Below the pieces are notes generated by a model, which did not search any database, was not told the origin of the DNA, and saw nothing but the letters and a program-made list of their open reading frames with translations. This document shows positions 1-8,350 of a DNA stretch of 64,000 bases, piece by piece (the first letter of the stretch is position 1; every line of letters starts with the position of its first letter). Source of the stretch: Gammaproteobacteria bacterium (GTDB lineage Bacteria > Pseudomonadota > Gammaproteobacteria > Eutrophobiales > Eutrophobiaceae); NCBI GenBank assembly GCA_965243205.1, contig CBDEUK010000002.1, forward strand, positions 128,001-192,000, written 5' to 3'. Made by a program: the position numbers and the translations under genes.

Positions 1-2
1 CC

Positions 3-191
3 AACGATTGTGAGAGCGGTTTTACAGCTTTCTCTATTTGTGACACATGTGGACAAGCAGACGAATTTGCAGTCAAAGATGTGGGTTTGAGACGCTGGGC
101 GAAGAGCCATGCTTTTGTTATTGAAAACACTGTGATTGAGGTTCGTGGTCAATGTGCTACCTGCGCCAAGCGAGTACAGACTGAGAGCTGA
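3..191 (+). CDS. Fur-family regulator, probably Zur (C-terminal fragment, truncated by window edge)
   Basis: Frame 3 translates ...FSICDTCGQADEF...IEVRGQCATCAKRVQTES*, containing the two CxxC motifs of the Fur/Zur dimerisation domain; directly upstream of a COG0523 gene. Confidence 0.75.
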   Translation, partial: NDCESGFTAFSICDTCGQADEFAVKDVGLRRWAKSHAFVIENTVIEVRGQCATCAKRVQTES

Positions 192-219
192 ATATTTTTA
201 ACCTTAAGAATTTACGAGT

Positions 220-1335
220 ATGACAATGAACTCTGAAGTCTCTATACAACAACAGCCCGAAAAAATACCTGTTACTCTACTAACCGGTTTCCTTGGTAGC
301 GGCAAAACGACTGCGCTTAATCACCTAGTACGTCAGCCAGAACTAGCTGATACATTAGTCATTATTAATGAGTTTGGTGAGATGGCACTGGATCATTTAC
401 TGGTCGCCCACAGTACAGAAAACTTGGTGATGGAGATGAGCAGCGGTTGCCTATGTTGCACTATCCGTGGTGATCTCGTTAAAACATTGCGAGAAATCAT
501 CTGGCGTTTTTCGCGCAACAGTCAACGCCAGTTCAAGCGTGTCATGATCGAAACTACTGGACTGGCCGATCCCGCGCCAATTGTTCATACATTAATGACC
601 CATCCGCATATTGCTCCAAGATATCGTCTCGACGGTATTGCAGTGACTATTGATATGGCGACAGGTTCGAACACACTTGATGAGCATAGTGAAGCTATCA
701 AACAGGCGGCCGTAGCTGATTCGCTATTGTTGACCAAGTCTGATCTTGCTACCGATGAACAAAAAATGGCATTACTTAGACGTCTCGATGATATCAACCC
801 CGCTGCGCCAAGATATGAAGTGCATAATGGTAAAGTCGCACCTGAGCAGGTGTTGGATCTAGGATTATTTTCAGGACATGGTAAAACACCAGATGTTGAG
901 CGTTGGCTTAAGCAAGAAGCCTACGCTGAGGCATCATCAGAGCATCATGAACAACACAGTCATGACCACGACCATGGCGATAGACACCATCATCATGATG
1001 TGAATCGTCACGACGATCATATTAATTCTTTTTGCTTCGTATTAGAGGAACCGATTTCGAAACAGGTATTGTCTGCCTGGTTAGGGTTGATGAGTGTCTT
1101 TGTCGGTACTCGCATTCTACGTGTTAAAGGCATTATCAATGTTAAAGAATATGATCAGCCAATCGTCGTGCATGGAGTGCAACATGTCTTCCATCCGCCT
1201 GTTCCACTTCCAGCCTGGCCCAGCGAGGATCGTCGTTCGCACTTGGTGTTTATCACCCAGGATGTAGGGCGGGATGTTATCAAAAAAACATTGGATATCT
1301 TCCAACAGTCACAAACAGGTGAGGCGGTAGCGTGA
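220..1335 (+). CDS. COG0523/CobW-family G3E GTPase metallochaperone
   Basis: GFLGSGKTT Walker A, NEFGE, GCLCC metal motif, ETTGLADP, TKSD, His-rich linker, C-terminal CobW_C (LRVKG, VHGVQH). Confidence 0.93.
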   Translation: MTMNSEVSIQQQPEKIPVTLLTGFLGSGKTTALNHLVRQPELADTLVIINEFGEMALDHLLVAHSTENLVMEMSSGCLCCTIRGDLVKTLREIIWRFSRNSQRQFKRVMIETTGLADPAPIVHTLMTHPHIAPRYRLDGIAVTIDMATGSNTLDEHSEAIKQAAVADSLLLTKSDLATDEQKMALLRRLDDINPAAPRYEVHNGKVAPEQVLDLGLFSGHGKTPDVERWLKQEAYAEASSEHHEQHSHDHDHGDRHHHHDVNRHDDHINSFCFVLEEPISKQVLSAWLGLMSVFVGTRILRVKGIINVKEYDQPIVVHGVQHVFHPPVPLPAWPSEDRRSHLVFITQDVGRDVIKKTLDIFQQSQTGEAVA

Positions 1336-1392
1336 CCTCAGCGATCCATCTACAGAATTCTCTGAGAAAACAAAACAATCTTTGCAAATAAT

Positions 1393-2316
1393 ATGTCCAA
1401 ATCAGATGACGATGTACGTATGAATGCTTCGATCAGTAAAACATTGATATTGCTCTTAGTCTTTTTTTGTACATTTAAAAGTACAAACACATCTTATGCA
1501 CACCCTATATTCCCTCCTGAGGTAATGGAATTTTTAAAACAAAATCCAAATGCCACAAAAGAGGAGATAAACAATTTCATGTTGAAAACTTACGGGAATC
1601 TAGAGGAGCTTTATGGACCTCCGTTATATATAAATAGTCCTGAAGTCATTGATTTGTTAGAGGAAAAAATTAACAAAGATAAAACAATTCAGAATATTAC
1701 TGATGATGCGAGACTAATTCTATCAACAAGAGATAAAAACAGATCTTTCCTTAAAAATGCTCGAGATTTTACCATTCTGGGTGTAGAGCATATTCTCATA
1801 GGTCTAGATCATATTTTATTTGTAATTTCACTTGTTTTGATACTTTTACCGTGGAGAAAAATTTTATCCATGGTAACCACATTTACAATCGCTCATTCAT
1901 TGACACTTATTTTAGCTGGAAGCGGCATACTGACTTTGTCAGGAAGAATTGTTGAGCCAATCATAGCTTTTTCCATAGCGTATATGGCTATAACAACGGT
2001 ATTTTTAAAACACATTACATTTTTTCAAAAAATGCATAGCAGGCTTAGCGTAATTTTTGTTTTCGGTTTGTTTCATGGATTGGGATTCGCTGGAGTATTT
2101 TCGGATTTACAGATCCCAGCTGATAAATACCTTTCATCACTTCTTTTCTTCAATGTTGGAGTAGAAATAGGACAAGTATTAATTTTAGTTTTGGTTGTTC
2201 CTTTGCTAATTCTTCTAAATAAGAATGAAAAATTATATGAAATCACCACAAAGATATTTGCCTGCATAATTTCACTCTTAGCTATTTATTGGGTAGTCCA
2301 AAGAGTTTTTTATTAA
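1393..2316 (+). CDS. HupE/UreJ-family membrane protein (putative Ni/Co/metal permease) with an N-terminal periplasmic segment
   Basis: GVEHILIGLDHILF, TFTIAHSLTL, FGLFHGLGFA, FNVGVEIGQ motifs; start may be a later Met. Confidence 0.85.
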   Translation: MSKSDDDVRMNASISKTLILLLVFFCTFKSTNTSYAHPIFPPEVMEFLKQNPNATKEEINNFMLKTYGNLEELYGPPLYINSPEVIDLLEEKINKDKTIQNITDDARLILSTRDKNRSFLKNARDFTILGVEHILIGLDHILFVISLVLILLPWRKILSMVTTFTIAHSLTLILAGSGILTLSGRIVEPIIAFSIAYMAITTVFLKHITFFQKMHSRLSVIFVFGLFHGLGFAGVFSDLQIPADKYLSSLLFFNVGVEIGQVLILVLVVPLLILLNKNEKLYEITTKIFACIISLLAIYWVVQRVFY

Positions 2317-2397
2317 CTGACTCCTATAAATATACTTAATTAGTATTTCAATCATTTACTGAATTATAGATTCCTAAAAATTAACAATAAATTTTTA

Positions 2398-2425
2398 TTG
2401 AAAAATACGACCGGTCGTCTATAAT
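2398..2425 (+). promoter_or_regulatory. sigma70 promoter with a palindromic TetR (NemR/AcuR-like) operator in the spacer
   Basis: TTGAAA(2398-2403)-16 bp-TATAAT(2420-2425); perfect palindrome ACGACCGGTCGT at 2407-2418. Confidence 0.7.
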
Positions 2426-2539
2426 GTTTTTAACGAATTAGAATTTCAAATACGGTTTGTATAAAACGTTTTTATTAATTCTATTTTCTGTACATAAAAT
2501 TCTTTAAATAATAATTAGTTATAGTATGAGGAGAAACAA

Positions 2540-2812
2540 ATGCCTAAATATATTATTGAACGAGATATTCCAGACGCTGGGAAATTAACATCAGGCGATT
2601 TACAGGGTATTTCCCAAAAATCATGCTCAATTCTAAAAGACCTAGGCCCACAGATTCAGTGGCAACAAAGTTATGTAAGTGATGACAAAATTTATTGTGT
2701 GTATATAGCGCCTGACAAAGAAGTGATACGTGAACATGCTGAACAAGGTGGTTTCCCGGTTAATTCAATATCTGAAATTCGAAATATTATTGATCCAACA
2801 ACTGCAGAATAA
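2540..2812 (+). CDS. DUF4242-family protein (SCO4226-like, putative nickel-binding)
   Basis: MPKYIIER...IQWQQSYV..DKIYCVYIAP...IREHA..GGFPVNSISE signature; RBS GAGGAG. Confidence 0.8.
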   Translation: MPKYIIERDIPDAGKLTSGDLQGISQKSCSILKDLGPQIQWQQSYVSDDKIYCVYIAPDKEVIREHAEQGGFPVNSISEIRNIIDPTTAE

Positions 2813-2845
2813 ATATTGAATACTTAAAATAGATGAGATTTTCTT

Positions 2846-3763
2846 ATGTTATTTAAATTAATTTCTTTTGTATTGTGTATTTCAACAGGTTTTGTATTTG
2901 CAAACGAAGGTAATACTTTAAATCTAACGGAAGTCGCTGATGGAATTTATGTACATGCAGGGATGCATTTGGGTTTTGAAGAAGAACATGCAGATGATAT
3001 TGCGAATATAGGATTTATAGTTGGTTCAGAATGTATTGCAGTTATAGATACTGGAGGTTCATATAAAATAGGTGAGCTTTTAAAAAAAGAAATTAATAAA
3101 ATCAGTGATGTTCCGATTTGTTATGTCATAAATACACACATTCATTATGATCATGTATTAGGAAATGCTGCATTTAAAGATACAAAAGTTAAGTTTGTAG
3201 GACATAAAGGACTTGCTGAAGAACTTGAATACAATAAAGAATTCTTTCTAGAACAATTTAGTCACTTTATTGACAAAGAAAATATTGAAAATGTAATCGT
3301 TAAACCTGACATTGAAGTCGAAAATACTATGAATCTAGATCTTGGTAATAGAGAAATAGTATTAACCGCTTACCACAGAGCTCATACCGATACAGATTTA
3401 ACGATCATAGATATCAATACAAATACTCTTTGGTTATCTGATTTACTATTTATGGAACGAATTCCTGCTATTGATGGCAGTATTAAAGGATGGTTATCAG
3501 TTATGGAAGAATTGAAGCAAAGAGATTTTAAGTTAGTGATCCCAGGGCATGGGCCTGTCTCTGCCAAATGGCCTAGTGCTGCTAAAAGTCAGTATGCATA
3601 TTTAAAATCATTACATGATGAAGTGGAAAAGGAAATCGATCGAGGTGCTTTTATGGAAGACATTATTGAGACAGTATTGAGTGAAGAGAAAAAGAAATGG
3701 CTTTTGCATGAAGAAAATCATCGTCGCAATGTGAGTAAAACATTTACTGAATTGGAATGGTAG
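2846..3763 (+). CDS. Periplasmic metallo-beta-lactamase-fold hydrolase (SoxH-like / quinoprotein relay system zinc metallohydrolase type)
   Basis: Signal peptide; IANIGFIVG, VIDTGGS, THIHYDH, AHTDTD, SDLLF, PGHG; C-terminal ELEW. Confidence 0.75.
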   Translation: MLFKLISFVLCISTGFVFANEGNTLNLTEVADGIYVHAGMHLGFEEEHADDIANIGFIVGSECIAVIDTGGSYKIGELLKKEINKISDVPICYVINTHIHYDHVLGNAAFKDTKVKFVGHKGLAEELEYNKEFFLEQFSHFIDKENIENVIVKPDIEVENTMNLDLGNREIVLTAYHRAHTDTDLTIIDINTNTLWLSDLLFMERIPAIDGSIKGWLSVMEELKQRDFKLVIPGHGPVSAKWPSAAKSQYAYLKSLHDEVEKEIDRGAFMEDIIETVLSEEKKKWLLHEENHRRNVSKTFTELEW

Positions 3764-3876
3764 TAAATGGCTTAAAAGAATATTATTACTGATATTATAT
3801 TTTATTAGATAGTTAGTATTATAAGAGTGATAATATCTTCTAAGTTAATTTAAGTAATCAGTAGTACGTTCTCAAT

Positions 3877-4473
3877 ATGGTAATGGATAAAAAAGAAATC
3901 AAGAAAATAAAAGTTCTCGACGAAGGCGTTCGTCTGTTCATGAAACATGGATATCATGGTACAGGAGTGAAAGAAATTCTTGATAATGTAAAAATCCCTA
4001 AAGGTTCGTTTTACGCTTACTTTGATAGCAAAGAAGATTTTTTAGCGAGTGCTATAACTCATTATATTGAGCCCTTCATTAAACATCTAGAAAAGAACAT
4101 CAATACTCCAGGTCTTAATGGTTATGAAGCGCTAAAGAAATATTTTTCATCGTTAATAGATGATATGGAAAAGTCTAATCTTGAAACGGGCTGTCTTTTA
4201 GGTGACATGATGGGTGAGTTAACTATTGATGGTGAGATAGGTAGAAAATCACTTATGAAGGCAGTAGATGATTATTGTTCATTGATTACAAAAGCACTTT
4301 CTTCTGCGCAACAAGAAGCAATCATACGTGATGATATATCGCCAGAAAAAATGACAAATATAATTTTTAGTACTTGGCAAGGTGCTTTACTAAGAATGAG
4401 ATTAGAACAATCTGTTGAACCACTATATGAATTTTATGAAGCAATTTTAGAAGATTATATATTGGTTAAATAG
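3877..4473 (+). CDS. TetR-family regulator, NemR/AcuR-like
   Basis: GYHGTGVKEIL...IPKGSFYAYFDSKE HTH; GCLLG motif; WQGALLRM. Confidence 0.85.
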   Translation: MVMDKKEIKKIKVLDEGVRLFMKHGYHGTGVKEILDNVKIPKGSFYAYFDSKEDFLASAITHYIEPFIKHLEKNINTPGLNGYEALKKYFSSLIDDMEKSNLETGCLLGDMMGELTIDGEIGRKSLMKAVDDYCSLITKALSSAQQEAIIRDDISPEKMTNIIFSTWQGALLRMRLEQSVEPLYEFYEAILEDYILVK

Positions 4474-4515
4474 ACTACTAATACTTTAATATATACCTTT
4501 TATATTGTTATGTTA

Positions 4516-6180
4516 CTACGCGCTCACAGGTACGTTAACAAAACGTTCATTTCCAACAGCATCATCGAATCCAGGTTCGACACACATATTACCCAGCTGT
4601 ACAGTCATATAGCGTGAATAATAGTCTTCAAGTTTATTTTCAATGTGCTTGCGATCATAAGCGGGCAGGGTATGTAAGCCACGACCACTTGGTGTATCGA
4701 TTACTTTGCCATCAATGACTACTTGTTGTCCTGATTTAAAAACCGTATGTGCTGAGGCGAACATTTTTGCGATATTCTTCTGTGGTTTATATACAGCAAC
4801 ATCTGCTATGCAACCAGGTGCTAGACTTCCACGATCATGTAAACCCATTAAACGAGCAGCAGCACTTCGTGTCATAACAGCAATCTCATGAAGTGAATAT
4901 TCACGCTTTAAATTTGGTAGTAGTGTCATTGCTAATGCTTCTTGATTGAGTCTCGACATTACTTCAGCACGATAATCCGCACTCATCAATAAATGGAACA
5001 ATTCAGGATAACGTGTGAAAGGTGCACCATTTGGATGATCGGTGGTAAAGAAGATACGCGCAGGATCATCAGCAAGTAGAAACAATTCAAGACCGATTGC
5101 CCATTGTAGTGTATTTACAAAATTGAGTTCACGGTATTCATAGGGTACGACACCGCCGCCGCCTTCACATTCTAATTCTGTAAAAACGGACTTGGCGGGT
5201 TTAGCGACCGAACGATTGTTAAATTGAGCAAGTAGGTCTGATGATATAGTTACTGTTTGTCCAAATAGTACCTGACCGACATCCATAGTAATATTGGGAT
5301 GTTTCTGCCAAGCATCGATCAATTTAGATGCTGCAGAAGAAAACTCTAATGAACCCTCTTGGCCATAAGCATAGAATTGTACGTGAGCAAGATGCATAGG
5401 CATGCCTTCGGCAGCTTCAATAGTTTCTATGAGAGTATCAATACCTTGACCGGCAACACCTAAGTTATTGCAATGAACATGCAAAGGATGTTGAACACCA
5501 AGTTCGACTACTGCTCTTTGAAGAGCTTGTACAATCTTGCGAGAAGTTACACCGTAGTATGGAACCTCATCATCAAAACTGTATATTCGAACATTCTCTT
5601 TAAATGCAGCAACACCGCCAGCATTGATTACCTTCAGACCTAAGCAACGTGTGGCGTCTAATGTCCAAGCTACATGTTGATTGATCGCTTCTTGGGAGGC
5701 ACCAGCTCTAAGAAGACTTAATAAGTAGTCGTCATTACCTAGGATAGCAAGCCCCGCAGTATCCAAGATGGGAATATCTGCCATCTCTAAATGTGCAGCT
5801 ATAGCGTTGCATGGTAATACTGCTGGTTCAACTACAGTGGTGTACCCCATTTTTGCATAACGAACACCAGTACCTTTAGCAGTCCATCCACCGACATGGC
5901 GTCCATTTTTCAGCAATTTACCGCCTCTAATAGTTGCAGCAAGTTGCAATTCAGGTAAAAGAAGGCGTGCGTTGTTTACATTACCACCAGCAATGTGAGA
6001 GTGGATATCAACTGCGCCGGCCATAACAATACAACCACTGATATCAATATCCTGATCGATTTGTTCACCATTAGTAGGTGCTTCGACAAAATATCCATCA
6101 CGTATATATAAATCGTTCACAACATCGTCCATGTTTTGTGTTGGGTCGAAGAGTCGTCCTCCGGCTAGTCGAGTTAACAT
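4516..6180 (-). CDS. fhcA: Formylmethanofuran dehydrogenase / formyltransferase-hydrolase complex subunit A
   Basis: DIHSHIAGG, YAKMGYTT, GLKVINAGG, LHVHCNNLG, HLAHVQF, LQWAIGLE, TTDHPNGAPF are all FwdA/FhcA amidohydrolase motifs. Confidence 0.92.
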   Translation of the reverse strand: MLTRLAGGRLFDPTQNMDDVVNDLYIRDGYFVEAPTNGEQIDQDIDISGCIVMAGAVDIHSHIAGGNVNNARLLLPELQLAATIRGGKLLKNGRHVGGWTAKGTGVRYAKMGYTTVVEPAVLPCNAIAAHLEMADIPILDTAGLAILGNDDYLLSLLRAGASQEAINQHVAWTLDATRCLGLKVINAGGVAAFKENVRIYSFDDEVPYYGVTSRKIVQALQRAVVELGVQHPLHVHCNNLGVAGQGIDTLIETIEAAEGMPMHLAHVQFYAYGQEGSLEFSSAASKLIDAWQKHPNITMDVGQVLFGQTVTISSDLLAQFNNRSVAKPAKSVFTELECEGGGGVVPYEYRELNFVNTLQWAIGLELFLLADDPARIFFTTDHPNGAPFTRYPELFHLLMSADYRAEVMSRLNQEALAMTLLPNLKREYSLHEIAVMTRSAAARLMGLHDRGSLAPGCIADVAVYKPQKNIAKMFASAHTVFKSGQQVVIDGKVIDTPSGRGLHTLPAYDRKHIENKLEDYYSRYMTVQLGNMCVEPGFDDAVGNERFVNVPVSA

Positions 6181-6398
6181 TTTTTAAGTGCCTGTTGTTG
6201 TTAAAAATGGATTTTTATGAGGGTTTGGCATGCAAGCAATATTTGAATTAGGCTTGTATTTATATGAATTAATTATCATTTTTAAGATTTGAGTTAAGTT
6301 GTTCTATAAAATGTTATGTTATATCATAACATTTATTAAATATGCTACCAATGGTGTTTTGTAGCCAACAATATAAATTTAATTACCCAGGAGAAAAT

Positions 6399-6785
6399 AT
6401 GTTCGAAACAGCAAATGATGTAATGGAAAAATGGATGCAAGGAGTTAATGAAGGTGATGTTGAAGGCTTACTGAGTTTATACGATGACCAAGCTGTATTG
6501 ATTCCAACATTCTCTAACAGATTATTGAATAGTCCAGAAAAACTAAGAGAATATTTTGAAAAGCTTGGTAGTCGTGAAGCATTGAGTATTGCTTTGCATG
6601 AAAAGACCTTACTGACTCAAAAAATGAGTAATGAATTATTTGTTATAGGTGGTATTTATACATGGCGTTTTAACGTTGACGAAGAACCACTTATTTTTGA
6701 AGCTAGATTTAGTTACGTGATTGATCTTTCGAAACCCAATCCAATCTTGCATCATCATTCGTCGCAGATCCCGCGCACACTTTAA
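6399..6785 (+). CDS. NTF2/SnoaL-like (DUF4440, CaMKII-association-domain-like) protein
   Basis: LYDDQAVLIPTFS...YF...GIYTW...EARFSYV...ILHHHSSQIP; ATG 6399 follows GGAGA RBS. Confidence 0.75.
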   Translation: MFETANDVMEKWMQGVNEGDVEGLLSLYDDQAVLIPTFSNRLLNSPEKLREYFEKLGSREALSIALHEKTLLTQKMSNELFVIGGIYTWRFNVDEEPLIFEARFSYVIDLSKPNPILHHHSSQIPRTL

Positions 6786-6903
6786 TATATTACATATCGG
6801 TATATGTCTGACTAGTCTGTTGTTCATTAAAAAAAACAACAAATTTCAGAGATTACTTTTTATTTGAAGATGTATTGAGCAAACCAAAGAGAGCAAAATC
6901 ATA

Positions 6904-7131
6904 ATGGCTAAAGATGATTTATTTCCATTAAATTACGAAGATTGGAAACATTGTATAACTGTGAAGTGTGGTATTCCTTTGACTAAAAAATATATAGAAG
7001 AACGTATAGTGACACTTAATAATGTAAAGAGCGAAGAAACAAAAAAGTTTGTTAAGTTATACGGAGAAGATTATACCAGACAAGTTATTTCTTGGTTTGT
7101 TTTAGCAAAAGATGAGTTTGCAAATAGGTGA
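6904..7131 (+). CDS. Small conserved hypothetical protein
   Basis: 75-aa ORF with YEDWKHCITVKCGIPLT...F...YG...V.SWF pattern; RBS-like GAGAG. Confidence 0.6.
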   Translation: MAKDDLFPLNYEDWKHCITVKCGIPLTKKYIEERIVTLNNVKSEETKKFVKLYGEDYTRQVISWFVLAKDEFANR

Positions 7132-7165
7132 ACCAATTTATAATAGTGCGCGAGAGTTATAATTT

Positions 7166-8287
7166 TTAGCTCATACTTAACTCGAAATCTTTACGTCCTA
7201 ACGAAACACCATTCACAAAAATTTCTACACTATGAATACCACTATAATAGGTACGTGTTGTGATTGGCTTTATGGCATGTTTTTTTGTTGTAGTTAATGT
7301 CGCAGAAGGTTTTAAAGAAATATTTTTCCATTTGAAAACTTTGGGTGATGTACTGCCGTTTGCTTTGCGGTGATGAATTGCATAATCAATAATAAGGTCT
7401 TGTGCCTTATTTGAAGTTGATTTTATTACTAAATCAAAAATCAATGTATTACCGAATTTGACTTCAGGTGTCTGAATAACTAAGTCTTCTAAAATAACGT
7501 TTGGTGGGCCATATCCTAAAGCATCTAATGCGTCTTTATGGCCTTTTTTTATAAGTGTTCGGCAGGCATGCTTCACAAGTCGCTGTCTATTTTTATCAGC
7601 GTTTTTCAGCCATTTTTTTGCAATCTCAGCAACAAGATCTGGATGGTCTTTCGCGATGTCATTTAGATTATTGGCCACTGAACGGCGTACGTATTCTTCA
7701 TCATCATCTTTGAGTGCTTCAAGTAGAGGTAAAATAGGAGCAGGGTCATCAATAAAAGTTTGTAACGTCATCGCCCAAGGAAGGCGAGGCCGAGTTCCCT
7801 CGGATACTAAGCGGCGAACATGATGATTCGGATCTTTTGTCCAAGAGCTTAATAACTTAAGTGTACGTTCTTGGTCATCGATTAAGAAAAAACGGATATC
7901 GAATTCTGCGCTAAAACGCGAGGTAACTTCCTTAAAAAAAGCCATCGATGTATCAAAATGCTGAAGACCATTTTGGCTAACATAATGATTAAGCGGTAGT
8001 GTTCCCCAGCCTGTAATGCCAAGTTCTTTTCCTGCTTGCCAATCTTCATTATATGGCGCCAGTGATTTCAGTAAAATAAAAACAGAGTGCTCAAAATCAT
8101 CCGGAAGATAGACCGTTAATGCCTCTGCTATGTTTACAAGGCGTTCTTTCAACTCTAGATTTTCTAAGTTTTTTGTGGCAGTTTTGATATATTCTTTTGT
8201 ATTGAATTCAGGCCATGCACGTTGTAGATGTTCTCCCATTTGAGCAATCATTTTCGGGTTGAATTCATTTTTAAAAGGTTCTGGCAT
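7166..8287 (-). CDS. alkC: HEAT-like-repeat DNA alkylation repair glycosylase, AlkC-like, with C-terminal Ig-like domain
   Basis: FSAEFDIR, HHVRRLVSEGTRPRLPW, LKDD.EEYVRRSVANNLNDIAKDHPD, C-terminal IDYAIH...KVFKW...TTRTYYSG.H. Confidence 0.8.
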   Translation of the reverse strand: MPEPFKNEFNPKMIAQMGEHLQRAWPEFNTKEYIKTATKNLENLELKERLVNIAEALTVYLPDDFEHSVFILLKSLAPYNEDWQAGKELGITGWGTLPLNHYVSQNGLQHFDTSMAFFKEVTSRFSAEFDIRFFLIDDQERTLKLLSSWTKDPNHHVRRLVSEGTRPRLPWAMTLQTFIDDPAPILPLLEALKDDDEEYVRRSVANNLNDIAKDHPDLVAEIAKKWLKNADKNRQRLVKHACRTLIKKGHKDALDALGYGPPNVILEDLVIQTPEVKFGNTLIFDLVIKSTSNKAQDLIIDYAIHHRKANGSTSPKVFKWKNISLKPSATLTTTKKHAIKPITTRTYYSGIHSVEIFVNGVSLGRKDFELSMS

Positions 8288-8350
8288 GGTTCTAAAGAAT
8301 TACATATATAGGTCGATAATGGATAGATTATATCATTTGATAATGGAATT

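Noticed and set aside
940-1020. CAT/GAC-rich short repeats
   Set aside because: Encode the normal His-rich linker of COG0523 proteins
6225-6241. sigma54-like TTGGCATG upstream of the NTF2-like gene
   Set aside because: No TTGC at the required -12 spacing
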